From: Octopus vulgaris
Taxonomy: Eukaryota
NCBI GenBank assembly: GCA_951406725.2
Contig: OX597824.1
Location: forward strand, 86,676,001-86,740,000
Reading direction: 5' to 3'
DNA: 64,000 nucleotides
Shown here: one piece after another, positions 24,432-37,110 of the stretch
How positions within the stretch are numbered: the first letter of the stretch is position 1
Layout: every line of letters begins with the position of its first letter
The notes under the pieces: generated by a model
What the model was told of the DNA's origin: nothing
The model's input: the letters and a program-made list of their open reading frames with translations, nothing else
Databases searched by the model: none
Position numbers and translations under genes: made by a program

Positions 24432-25677
24432 ACGATAAATGTCGCCCTTTTCAAGCCTAGCCAGGCTCGTGGGCCTGGTTTCTGTGGCATATGTGTTCCC
24501 CCCAGCTGGACGGGACGCCAGTCCATCGCAGCGTTACTCAAGAAACAGGAAGAGAAAATGAGAGAAAGTTGTGGTGAAAGAGTACATCAGGGGTCACCAC
24601 CACCCCTTGCTGGAGCCTCGTGGAGCTTTTATGGGTTTTCGCACAATAAACACACAATGCCTGGTCTGGGAATTGAAACCACGATCCTCCGACTGCGAGT
24701 CCGCTGCCCTAACCACTGGGCCATTGCGCCCCCACTATTAAATTTGTTGCATTAGCAATTTTCAGAATTAAGTTATTCTTTTACTGTGTCTGTTAGAATA
24801 AAATGTATGGCTCTGTGATTAATACACTTGCTTCCTGGCCATTTGTTCTTGGTTTCAATTCTACAGTGTTGCAACTTGGTTGAGTGCCTGCTTCAGTAGC
24901 ATCAGGCCAACTAAAGCCTTGTCGAGCCCCATGCTAATAGGGTGTTAAGAGCACCATCCAAGAGTGATCGTTGCCAGAGCGACTATCTGGCCTGCGTGCC
25001 GGTGGCACGTAGAAGACACCATTCGAGCGTGATAGTTACCAGCATAACCTTACTGGCACCTGTGTTGGTGGCATGTGTAAAAGATTCGAGCGAGGTCATT
25101 ACCTGTACCGCTTGACTGGCACGTAAAAGCACCCACTACACTCTCGGAGTGGTTGGCGTTAGGAAGGGCATCCAGCTGTAGAAACTCTGCCAGATCAAGA
25201 TTGGAGCCTGGTGCAGCCATCTGGTTCACCAGTCCTCAGTCAAATCGTCCAACTCAAGCTAGCATGGTGAGCAGAGGTTAAACAATGATGATGAAACTGA
25301 AGGAAGTCCATTTTGTGTGTTTGTATGTGTTCTTGCCTAAGATATCATATGATAGTCGTAAATGAGTATCACCACCATATAAGCAAAGTTACTCATTTCC
25401 AGTGTTACGTGAAAACCATATCTAGCCATGGGAAAATATTACCTTGCTTGGAAACAGGTAAAGATTAACACCATGGGAAAATATTACCTTGCTTGGAAAC
25501 AGGTAAAGATTAATACCAGGAAGGACATCTGGCTGTGAAAAATCTGCCTGAATTTATCTGATCCAAGCAAGCATGGAAAAGTGGATATGAAATGGTGATG
25601 TTTAGCAAGAAATTCGATCATGTTTTAAAATTAAAACTTTTCTAATTTTTCTTTTTTATTCATCTCTAATATTGCAG

Positions 25678-25730
25678 CTGGAAGACCCTTTGTCTATGTT
25701 GATGCCATTCAAGAAGTTTGAAAGAAATGG
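25678..25730 (+). CDS. NAA40: NAA40 coding exon 4
   Basis: TGCAG acceptor; LEDPLSMLMPFKKFERNG; GG|GTAGGT. Confidence 0.92.
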
Positions 25731-26446
25731 GTAGGTTTAAATTTAGATTTATAAGTTTACTAGCAGTATAACCCGACTTTTCCCAGGATTAAGTTAGAAT
25801 TATTAAGCTAATCAAGTTCTTTATTTCAAACCAAACTAAGTAACATCAACATCAAATTTGGGCGAAATCCATTGAAATTGGTTCATATATATATATATGG
25901 GCAACACACATACACACACACGTACGTATAGCTATTGCATACATGTTCTTGTGTGTGTTGCCTGTATATCAACAAAACACATTTTTCCTCGATGGAAAAG
26001 AACAAATGTCTTAACAAAAACTTACTCGTCGCTAAAGGGGACTTAACTCGTCCATGCTGGCCTGAAAAACTGACGTTAACCTGTCTGTGACTGCTGTAGG
26101 TTCTATGACATAAACTTGCTGTTTTAAAATGGTCTAAATTATAATCTTCCATCAAAATTTTATACTAATTTATTCCAGCAGCTTAATAACGAGAAAGCTA
26201 TTTTACTAAATTCTTCATTATTTTAAAAATTGATTGAAAAAGAAGGCAGTATATGTCAACAGGAATATGGTAACAAAAGGTTTAAATGATGATGACGTCG
26301 GCTGAAGAATCCTTTGTTCATATTTCTCTATTGGTGATATTCTGATGCGAGCTATTTGCACCAGTTTTCTGTGAAGGAAGTAACCATAGAAATGTACCTG
26401 CTAGAAAGTGACTGGGTAGCTTTAAGAGTGCCGATACAGAATTCTA

Positions 26447-27014
26447 TTGGGTTGTCCAGAAAGTTCATGCTGATTTTTAAAGGAAAGAAAAAGGTCAATA
26501 AATACTTGCCGTTACATTTTTAATCAACCAAATATGAACCATTTTGTTGCACAATGCGTCTCCATCTTTCCTTTAACTTGAAAATACCCTCTTCCCAGAA
26601 TTGAGGTGGTTTCATGGCAAAGAATTCATCAAGGTATCTTTTTACGTCATCAAAGGAATTGACATTTTTACCATTAAGACTATTCTGCAGAGACCTGAAT
26701 AAGTGGAAATCCGAAGGAGCAATATCTGGTGAATATGGAGGGTGGGGGGTATCATATCCCAGCCGAGCTGCAGCAATTTTTGTCTGGTTCCCAAAGTATC
26801 AAGTGCTGAAAATGAACTTTCTTATCTTCCATTTTAAAGGGTTACAGAATTAACACAGGTTATAGGAACATAAACCTTCTTCCACAAAAAGATAGCTTAA
26901 ACTGTGCTCTAAATGGAGGTGTAGTCAAATCCTATTTTATGGACTCAGCCATGTTCTAAAATAAGTCGAAAGGTAAGCTGCTATAAATCGGCACGAACTT
27001 TCCAGACAACCCAA
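26447..27014 (-). mobile_element. Internally deleted mariner element
   Basis: TIRs TTGGGTTGTCCAGAAAGTTC / GAACTTTCCAGACAACCCAA with TA TSD. Minus strand encodes HPPYSPDIAPSDFHLFRSLQNSL...KLKERWRRIV. Confidence 0.9.
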
Positions 27015-28189
27015 TATAATTTGAGAACACCTAGACAATTGTTTTCTACAGTATCAGGAGTATCATGTCACAACTACCAGAATCTCAAAGCACCAGTAGA
27101 AACAGAGACATTCTAATTAAGTTTTGTGGTCATTGTCATGTTTATTTAATACAAAACTTAATGTAATTATTATATTATTTTTTTCTTTATTACCCACAAG
27201 GGGCTAAACATAGAGGGGACAAACAAGGACAGATAAACGGATAAAGTCTATTATATCGACTCCACTGCGTAACTGGTACTTAATTTATCGACCCCGAAAG
27301 GATGAAGGGCAAAGTCGACCTTGGCGGAATTTGAACTCAGAACGTAGCGGCAGACAAAATACGGCTATGCATTTCGCCCGGCATGCTAACGGTTCTGCCA
27401 GCTCGCCGCCTTAAATTATAATATTAATTATTATAATATTAAAGGTGGTAAGCTGGCAGAATTGTTAACTTCTCCCAACAAAATGTTTAGCTACATTTCT
27501 TCAGTTTTTATGTTCTGAGTTCAAATCCCACTGAAGGTAGCTTTTTCCTTTCATACCTTTGGGGTCGATAAAATAAAGTACCAGTCAAGTACTGGGGTTG
27601 ATGTATCTGACTTCTCCTCTCTGCTCAATATTGCTTACCTTGTACCCTGCAACAGACTGGCTTCCAGTTCAGGAGTAGTGTTGTGATCTCAGAGTCACTT
27701 ATACATCACCATGGAAACTGGTTGACTGGTTTTATGAATCCTTGGGCTTGAGAAAAATTAATAAACAAAAATAACAATTTTAAACAATCGCAGGAGTGGC
27801 TGTGTGGTAAGTAGCTTGCTAACCAACTGCATGGTTCCGGGTTCAGTCCCACTGTGTGACATCATGGGCAAGTGTCTTCTGCTATAGCCCCGGGCCAACC
27901 AGTGCCTTGTGAGTGGATTTGGTAGACGGAAACTGAAAGAAGCCTGTCGTATATGTGTGTTTGTGTTTGTCTCCCTAGCATTGCTTGACAACCGATGCTT
28001 GTGTGTTTACGTCCCCGTTACTTAGCGGTTCGGCAAAAGAGACCGATAGAATAAGTACTAGGTTTACGAAGAATAAGTCCCGGGGTCGATTTGTTCGACT
28101 AAAGGCGGTGCTCCAGCATGGCTGCAGTCAAATGACTGAAACAAGTAAAAGAGTCCATCACAGATTTTTTTTCTTTTTTCTCTTTACAG

Positions 28190-28285
28190 ATTAGACATTA
28201 AAATCGAATGTTCCAAGGTGTCTGAACTTGATAAGGAAACCATTAACTGGGCCTTCCAGTTGACGAAATCTAATATGCAGTCATT
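28190..28285 (+). CDS. NAA40: NAA40 coding exon 5
   Basis: TTTACAG acceptor; LDIKIECSKVSELDKETINWAFQLTKSNMQSL; GTAAGA donor. Confidence 0.93.
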
Positions 28286-28391
28286 GTAAGAATTTTTTTT
28301 TACCATAATATTTCTCTATTTGGAAAAGTGTTAAACTCTCATTCAAATTCAAATTTTTCATTTCATAACTTACGTTTCTTTCATTAATATA

Positions 28392-28806
28392 TATTTCTTT
28401 ACTACCCACAAGGGGCTAAACATAGAGGGGACAAACAAGGACAGACAAAGGGATTAAGTCGATTACATAGACCCCAGTGCGAAACTGGTACTTTATTTAT
28501 CGACCCCGAAAGGATGAAAGGCAAAGTCGACCTCGGCGGTATTTGAACTCAGAACGTAACGGCAGACGAAATACCTATTTCTTTACTACCCACAGGGGGC
28601 TAAACATAGAGGGGACAAACAAGGACAGACAAAGGGATTAAGTCGATTACATAGACCCCAGTGCGAAACTGGTACTTTATATATCGACCCCGAAAGGATG
28701 AAAGGCAAAGTCGACCTCGGCGGTATTTGAACTCAGAACGTAACGGTAGACGAAATACGGCTACGCATTTCGCCTGGCGTGCTGACATTTCTGCCAGCTC
28801 GCTGCC
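28392..28806 (-). mobile_element. SINE family B dimer with 16-bp TSD
   Basis: TTCTTTCATTAATATA at 28376-28391 and 28807-28822 flanks two tandem units. Confidence 0.88.
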
Positions 28807-31645
28807 TTCTTTCATTAATATAGCTGTTTCTAAGGTGGTGAGCTGGCAGAATCGTTAGCATGCTGGACTAGCTTGACCCTTTAGCATTCAGATTACCTTG
28901 TCAGATGCAATACTCATCTATTCACATTGTCTTGAATTAATCATTCATTTATTATATCAAAGCTTGGAGATTTTAACGATGTATTTGTTTTTAATTTTAG
29001 AATGATTTTGTAGGGTATGTGTGAGAGGCCAGATCCAGCCATTTTGAACATAAAACAGGCAGAACCTTTTGGCCACATGTGGCTAGTTTATATGCTAAGG
29101 CGGCGAGCTGGCAGAAACGTTAGCATGCCAGGCGAAATGCTTAGCAGTTTTTCGCCTGTCTTTATGTTGTGAGTTCAAATTCCGCCGAGGTCAACTTTGC
29201 CTTTCATCCTTTTGGGGTTGATAAATTAAGTACCAGTTTCACACTGGGGTCGATGTAATTGACTTAATCTCTTTGTCCTTGTTTAGCCCCTTGTGGGTAG
29301 TAAAGAAATATATATGCTAAGGGTTAATAAGGACAAAGTTATTTTATTAAATTCTTCATTGAGTCAACCATTGTATTCTTTTTATCAGAAATACAGTAAC
29401 AAAAAAGGTTAAAGAATTTTTCTCTCTCATAACTATTTATTGGCCTTAAGCACAATAACCAGTTCAGCAGGTAACCTTGTCTTCCAGTTATTACAAGAAA
29501 TATCACTCAGCCTATTGACATGAATTTGTTGATGGATATACTCCAAGCTCTGTACCACCGTGCTTCCTCCTCTCTGCCTATTGTATCACAACTTACATGG
29601 CCTTTGCTCTTTGGAGCAAACTGGTCTTGTACCACTTCTACACAGGAGCCCCCAATTGACTGTTTTCTCATTTTCTTTCCTCCTAATTATAATATAATAT
29701 TTATCTAATTATCCATACTGTATCCAATCAAACCCAGCACTAACCACTCTGCCCAGTCCTTCCTCCCCACACATCATCTCCAGAATTCCATCCTGCACAT
29801 TTCATTCCTGTAGCCATCACCGTGTCAGTACTCAAAGCCACCTCAATCTCTCTTGTCTTTGGGTGCCTTTGGGGATCATGGGTGCTGCTCTTCCTCTTGG
29901 ACCTAATAAATAAAAAAAAAATAGTTTTAAATATTTTCTCAAATTTTACTTGTTTTTCAATGTATTTTATTTGAGATTATATGAGAGCTAAATCATTTGC
30001 ATTGTGGTAGACATTGCATCCATTAAAAGCAAACACTTTGATATGTTCACCTTTATAGTATTGTTTTTGTTGATAAGGAAATGTCAACAACACCAGCTCC
30101 TGCCTACCCCACCCCCAACACCATCACAACACACCACTACACCTTGCACCGCCATACCACACAACATATCACATCACAACACACCCCGCGCACACATCAG
30201 CACTGACCACTTTCCAGACCCACATTTTCACACCTACACATAAACACACGCACACGTCAAGATCACCAGCCCTCTTCCACGTGCACATACAAACTCTCTT
30301 ATACACATGCACACGCACCTTCGTTTTGGGATCACTACCACTTTGTTATCGCCCCTTCTCCCTGGCTCTTCTGTCTGGCCTTCGCCATGATAGAGCGCTA
30401 GCCACTACACATTCTTTATTTTCTCTCCTTGTTTTTTCTGTGTTCCTTTCTGTGGAAGAGCATAGGCTCAAAACATTAAAGACTTTTTCACTTCCTGAGC
30501 GTTATACTAATACATCTATTTGTTGTCTTCATCTTTTGTTTTTTTGTGAATTCTCCCCACCTGTAACGAGGTTGATTTTCATGTGAAATGCAAACTGTAA
30601 ACATTCACTAGCATACATGTGCCAGGTAAAAGGCACTTGTGCCAGTGCTACATAAACAGCACCTGTGCCTGAACCACGTAAAAGCACCAGTACACACTGT
30701 AAAATGGTTGATGTTAGGAAGAGCATCCAGCTGTAGAAACCATGCCCATCAGATGACTGGGACTTGCTGCAGCCCTGTGGTTTCCTAGCTCCTGTTAAAC
30801 TGTCCAACCTATGCCAGCATCAAAAACAGGCGTTAAATGATGATGATACGTGCACAGACACATACACGGTGGACTTTGTACAGTTTGTATCCACCAAATT
30901 GACTTGCAAGGCTTTGGTCTTCCCCAGTCCATAGTAGTAGATGATTATTACCCAAGGAACCACATAGTGGAACTGAGCCTTTGACCTCATCGTCATCATC
31001 ATCATTTAACATCCGTTGACCATGCTGGAATGGGTTGGATGGTTTGAATGAGATCTGGAGAGCCAGCAGCTGCATCAGGCTTAAGTCTGATCTGGTAATG
31101 TTTCTACTGCTGGATGCCCTTCCTAATGCCAACCACTAGCACAGGAGGCAGGCTTGGCATCGATCATGTTCAAATAGAGCTTTTTATGTTCCACTAGCAC
31201 GGGAACCAGTCAGGAAACACTGGCATTGGCCACATTCGGATGGTGCTTTTTACTTGCCACCTGCACAGGAGCCAGTCAGGTGGCCCTGGCATCGATCATG
31301 TTCAGATAGAGCTTTTTACGTGCCACTTGCAAGGAAGCCAGTCTGGGTGCACTGGCACAGCCACGTTCGAATGGTGCTTTTTACGTACCACTAGCACAGG
31401 AACCAAACAGGGGGCACTGGCGTCGACCACGTTCGGATCGTGCTTTTTATGTGCCACCTGCACAAGAGCCAGTCAGGCGGTCCTGGCACCGATCATATTC
31501 AGATAGTGCTTTTCATGTGCTACTGGCACGGGAGCCAGTCAGGCAACCCTGGCATCGATCACTTGTGCATATTTAACATTTTCCAAAAATTAATTATTGG
31601 TTCGTTTTTATATTTTTATTTTTTTTTTTTTTCCACTTACCTTAG

Positions 31646-31807
31646 GTATGAAGCCAGTGATTGGGGATGGAGTGACCGTGAGAAGAAAACTGAAATGACA
31701 GAAGACAAAGCGTGGTATTTGATAGCAAGAGATTTGGACAGTAAGAAGCCAGTCGCCTGTGTCCATTTTAGGTTCGATTTAGAATGTGATGATGAAGTGC
31801 TTTATTG
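31646..31807 (+). CDS. NAA40: NAA40 coding exon 6
   Basis: [27 protein letters not shown]...[15 protein letters not shown], the NAA40 signature region; AG and GTAAGT boundaries. Confidence 0.96.
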
Positions 31808-32158
31808 GTAAGTTTGTGTGACCGTTATGTTCAGTTCGCTAGTATCTTTATCTTTTACTTGTTTCAATCATTAGACTGCGACCATGCTGGGGCATCGCCT
31901 TGAAGAATTTTTAGCTAAATGAACTGACCCTAGTACTTTCGTGTTTTAAGCCCAGTAGTTTTTCTGTCAGTTTCTCTTGCCGAACTGCTAAGTCTCGGGG
32001 ACGTAAACACAACACTGGTTGTCAAATGGTGACGAGGAACATACACAGATGCAAGGCCTGCATGTGCACAAACATACACACACATTTATACAACAGGCTT
32101 CTTTCAGTTTCCATCTACCAAATCCATTCGCAGAGCTTTGGTGAGCCTAAGGCTATAG

Positions 32159-32898
32159 CGGGTCGGCAAATAGTGTTAAATTACCCCAAGTGACAGGCTT
32201 CTTTCAGTTTCCATCTACCAAATCCACTCGCAGAGCTTTGGTGATTCTAAGCGATCCAAGTGGGCTGAAAATGAAAATTCTTGGGGGTAATCAGGACTCA
32301 TTAGACATAAGTAAAACGACATAAAAAACGTGCTCCTTGTTACGACAGAAATTTTTCTTCTGACAACCCTGCATCTGTCCAGTGTAATGGATGTGTAAAG
32401 AGATTCTTATGAATAGATCCAATAAACCTTTTGAATTCAAAGAATCCATGTTTCTTCCTTTCAAATCAGTGGGGTAACATTGGTGTAAATAAATAGCTTG
32501 CTTACCAACCACATGGTTCCAGGTTCAGTCCTACTGCGTGACACCTTGGCCAAGTATCTTCTACTATAGCCTCAGGCCGACCAAAGCCTTGTGAGTGGAT
32601 TTGGTAGACGGAAACTGAAAGAAGCCTGTCGTATGTATATATATATGTGTGTGTGTGCGTGTGTCTGTTTGTTCCCCCACAACATAGCTTGACAACCAAT
32701 GCTGGTGTGTTTATGTCCCCGTAACTTAGTGGTTTGGCAAAAGAGACCGATAGAATTAGTTCTGGGCTTACAAAGAATAAGTCCTGGGGTCGATTTGCTT
32801 GACTAAAGGCGGTACTCCAGCATGGCCACAGTCAAATGACTGAAACAAATAAAAGAATATTTTGGGGTAATGGGTTAAAAAATGTTCCCCAACCCCTG
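32159..32898. mobile_element. hAT-like MITE with nested SINE A
   Basis: 8-bp TSD GGCTATAG / GGCTGTAG; degenerate TIRs ending ...CCCCAACCCCTG; subterminal TTACCCCAA / TTGGGGTAA. Confidence 0.6.
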
Positions 32899-32917
32899 GG
32901 CTGTAGTATATATAGAG

Positions 32918-33274
32918 AATACCAAACGAGTTCCCTATGGATACCGTATTTATTACGAGTGGCTTGTAAACGTATCTAACGAGCGAAAGCGAGTTAGATA
33001 CGTTTACAAGCCACTTGTTGTAATAAACACGGTATCCATAGGGAATGAGTTTGATATTTTATTTATTACACACGAATAAACGACCATATTTTATTAACCC
33101 AATAACTAAATTCTTCACGTTTAGTTGTAACTTATGAATGACAAAAGTAGTGCCGTCACCATGACCTCGGGTCATCACCATGGATTGACCAATCAGAAGC
33201 AGCGCTCGCAGTATCTGACATATCTTTAGATACCAAAAATATCTCAGTGTTCCCACTCACATGTGTGTAATAAA
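32918..33274. mobile_element. Palindromic element, possibly a non-autonomous Crypton-like transposon
   Basis: Inverted arms of about 63 bp around GAGCGAAAGCGA, plus a second short inverted pair TTTATTACACAC / TGTGTAATAAA. Confidence 0.45.
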
Positions 33275-34145
33275 CATATATTTCCGGAGTGTGACTTGTC
33301 TTATTTTACATCTGCATGATTAAATGTAGCCTTATTTATCACTGATTCATTCATCACTGATCGCGAATAACACACTATGTTCAGTTGTGAACCATGTTAC
33401 GCTTATCACAGATTGGTCTGTGATTACATTTGTTGGTGATAAGTTGATGTTTCTGCTTGTGCCGCAAAACCACACCCCACCAGCTACCCTGAATGCACTG
33501 ACTAATGCTTGTGTTTACATGACTGTAAATGCACTGACTAATGCTTGTGTCATTTGACTGTGGCCATGCTGAAGAACCGCCTTTAGTCGAGCAAATCGAC
33601 CCCAGGACTTATTCTTTGAAAGCCTAGTGCTTATTCTATCGGTCTCTTTTGCTGAACCGCTAAGTTATGGAGACCTAAACACACCAGCATTGGTTGTCAA
33701 GCAATGTTGGGGGGACAAACATATACTCACACACACACATACGACAGGCTTCTTTCAGTTTCCGTCTACCAAATCCACTCACAAGGCTTTAGTAAAAGAC
33801 ACTTGCCCAAGGTGCCACGCAGTGGGACTGAACCCTGAACCATGCGTTGGTGAGCAAGCTACTTATCATCACACAGCCACTCCTACGCCTATTTTTTATA
33901 TGGATCTATGGAGTCTTATACATCAAAAGGAACCAATTTATAGAAAAAATACAGGGACACCTTATCCTAACAAAAACTTTGCAAACTTGTATCTTCTGCA
34001 GAGTTGGTCTATAAAATACTTAATGGGGGAAACTTGAGGGCTGTGAACCATGAGTCTTGTGTCAAAGAATCAACCATATATTTAATTTGTGAAGTTCATG
34101 GAGATGATTCAATTTTCTTTTTTCTTTTACCCAGGCTGGCTTACA

Positions 34146-34632
34146 TTATTTACATTTGATGGATATTTGTCCTCATCTTGTTTGTTATTAACTCAACATT
34201 TCAGCTGATATACCCTCCAGCCTTCTTCAGGTGTCTTGGGGGAAATTTCAAACCTGGGTTCTCATTCCTAAGATACTTTTTACAACAATGACATCATTGT
34301 TGTTGTTCAGGTCACTGCCTGGTATCGAACTCAGGATCTTGGGGTTAGTAGCCCTCGCTCTTAACCGCTATGCCATATGCCCGTAAGCTTATGGTGTAGT
34401 GGTTAAGCACACAGGCTACTAACCCCAAGATTCGAGTTCGATACCAGGCAGTGACCTGAATAATAATAATAATAATAATAATAACATCGACATCATCGAA
34501 AAATACTTTAGGAATGAGAACCCAGGTTCGAAATTTCCCCAAGACACCTGATGAAGGCTGGAGAGTATATCAGCCGAAGCGTTGTGTTAACAACAAACAA
34601 GATGAGGATAAATATCCATCAAATGTAAATAA
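34146..34632. mobile_element. Head-to-head pair of tRNA-headed elements with Penelope-like hammerhead tail
   Basis: Inverted arms of about 235 bp with a 12-bp spacer; A/B boxes at the centre; CTGAnGA..GAAA motif in each arm. Confidence 0.7.
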
Positions 34633-35260
34633 GGTAAATATTGTAAATAATGTACATAATTCCTCATCTCTTAAATATAGAACTGTACAAACTGTCTTAA
34701 TAAACAAAGATAGATCTATTAATATAGGTAAGTTGCTTGAGATGTAAGACTGTAGTCCAGTTTCAGTTCCTGACTGGAGCCATTTCACTTAATTATGACA
34801 CCTGGGGAAGGTGAGGATATCACACAATACATATTAACAGTTTTTATAACTTTCTGGGACTCTGCTCCTATGTAAAAAGAATCAACTCAAAGTGGGATTT
34901 TGAATATTCAAGACTAATCAACTTTTGCTAGTTTCATTAGAATGAATGTATAGTTATTTGTTGTGTCTGGGGAGAGTCATTTTCTTTTTGTGCCTTATTA
35001 TGTAACACACTCACCGGTAAAATTTCCACTTTTTTTCTTATTTTTATTGTTCTAAAATTTTTGAGTCAAAACTATTGAAAAGGTTGCAAGATGCAACGAA
35101 AATTTTAGAAAAATAAAAATAAGGGGAAAAAGTGGAAATTTTACCGGTGAGTGTGTTACATTATAAGGCACAAAAAGAAAATGACTCTCCCCAGACACAA
35201 CAGAATATGCTTCAACACACGAACTCCAAAAACGAAATGTATAGTAACTTTTATATATTT

Positions 35261-35660
35261 ACTAGCAGTATCGCCCCGCTTTGCTCGGGTTTGTAAAGGA
35301 AATAAATATATAAGCATTTTTAGAGAGTTGTAGCCAAAAAATAGCAAAAGATGCATTAAAAATGGAAAAAAAATGATGGTAAATTTTTTTTTTAATCGTT
35401 GACCCATCGTAAGACATTTTTAGAGAGTTACTTCCCTTATAAATTAGCGAAAAAATGCATTAAAATGGAAAAAAATGATGGTAAATTATTTTTTAAATCA
35501 TAGACTCATCGTAGACGCGCGCTAATACCCAGAAGGGTTCGATATGAATCACGACTATAAGATACCCGCTTTTGGTTACACTGCACCGCAAAATGTGGGA
35601 GTAGTTAGGAATCTAAATCGTAGGAGACAGACACACAACTCAACTTTTATATATAAAGAT
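35261..35660 (+). mobile_element. Helentron-associated (HINE/DINE-1-like) element
   Basis: ACTAGCAGTATCGCCC..CTTTGCTCGGG subterminal hairpin end and ..TTTTATATATAAAGAT end. Similar elements at 17626-18022(+) and 39395-39792(-). Confidence 0.6.
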
Positions 35661-35703
35661 TTCCTTTTTTTTATTGCATATTTTATGTCATATTTTTTTT
35701 CAG

Positions 35704-35787
35704 TTATGAAATCCAGATTATGCCTGAAGCACGACGAAAAGGACTTGGCAAGTTCTTAATGCAAATCCTGGAATTGCTTGCTCATAA
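35704..35787 (+). CDS. NAA40: NAA40 coding exon 7 (acetyl-CoA-binding motif A)
   Basis: YEIQIMPEARRKGLGKFLMQILELLAHK contains the GNAT R-x-x-G-x-G motif; canonical splice sites. Confidence 0.95.
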
Positions 35788-35915
35788 GTAAGTATGCTTC
35801 CATATACATACCTTTGTAGATATATATAATGTGTTGGTGTATCCCAGGCCAAATGGTTGGATTATAGTAAGATAACAGGATAGTACCATTAGTAGGAGAC
35901 ACTTTCACTTTAGAG

Positions 35916-36507
35916 CAGTGGTTCCCAAACTTTTTGGGGCTACTGCCCCCTTGAGACCCAGGCCACATTCTTTGCGCCCAACTAACCATCACAAACATAG
36001 ACATCTTTCAGAAGCAAATTCAAAGCAATTGTGTTTCACAAATAAAACTTAACCTAATGAACTCATTGTTTTGTTGTTTTTACCTGAATCACTACCCCAT
36101 TCTCGCCCCACTTTTTTACAGGAATTGCTACCCCATTCTCACCCCACTTTTTTACAGGAATTGCTACCCCATTCTCACCCCACTTTTTTACAGGAATTGC
36201 TACCCCATTCTCGCCCCACTTTTTTACAGGAATTGCTACCCCATTCTCACCCCACTTTTTTGCAGGAATTGCTACCCCATTCTCGCCCCACTTTTTTACA
36301 GGAATTGCTACCCCATTCTCACCCCACTTTTTTACAGGAATTGCTGCCCCATTCTCGCCCCACTTTTTTACAGGAATTGCTACCCCATTCTTGCCCCACT
36401 TTTTTACAGGAATTGCTACCCCATTCTCGCCCCACTCTTCATCAACGCTCCCTAGGAACTTTCCACTGCCCCTAAGGGAGCAATACTACCCACTTTGGGA
36501 ACCACTG
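35916..36507. mobile_element. hAT (Charlie-like) MITE
   Basis: TIRs CAGTGGTTCCCAAA / TTTGGGAACCACTG; perfect 8-bp TSD CTTTAGAG. Confidence 0.9.
36090..36437. repeat. 39-bp minisatellite (about 9 units) inside a hAT MITE
   Basis: Unit CTACCCCATTCTCRCCCCACTTTTTTACAGGAATTG-like repeated in tandem. Confidence 0.95.
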
Positions 36508-37032
36508 CTTTAGAGTGAGGGGGTGTTTCAACTTGGCCGCGTCACCCAGCACTGTATTCCAACAACGAAGGGGTTTTTTTTTTTCCCACCTGGATTCTAA
36601 CAAGAGGGATGGATGTCATCAGCCTCAGGATCACAGTGGCATATTTCCTTTCCTTCATTGGACACTAAACTCTGCTTGAGAAGACCTGTTGAGGCAAGTA
36701 AAATCAAATTCGATGACTGGCATCTGTGCTAGTGGAGCGCTAAGAGCACCATCCGAGTGTGATCGTTGCCAGAGCGGCTAACTGGCTTCCGTGCCAGTGG
36801 CGCATAAAAAGCATTCTTAACAAAGAATTCTTTTATTCTTTTACTTGTTTCACTCACCTGACTGTGGCCATGATGGAGCACTGCCTTGAAGGGTTTTAGT
36901 TGAACAAATCGACCTTCCCACCCCCATGGACTAGTACTTATTCTATCAGTTTCTTCTGTTGTTAAATAACTCAATTATTTCCTATTATTTGTGTTTGTGT
37001 TTTATTAATAATGTAAAATCTCTTCGTTACAG

Positions 37033-37110
37033 AACAGACATGAAGAAAGTAATGCTGACTATATTTAAACACAATCCTGTTGGAAGAGATTTTTTTGTAA
37101 ATAAGCTAAA
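37033..37110 (+). CDS. NAA40: NAA40 coding exon 8
   Basis: TDMKKVMLTIFKHNPVGRDFFVNKLK; canonical splice sites. Confidence 0.94.

Noticed and set aside
36057-36475. 132/134-aa repetitive ORFs
   Set aside because: Translation of the 39-bp VNTR inside a MITE.
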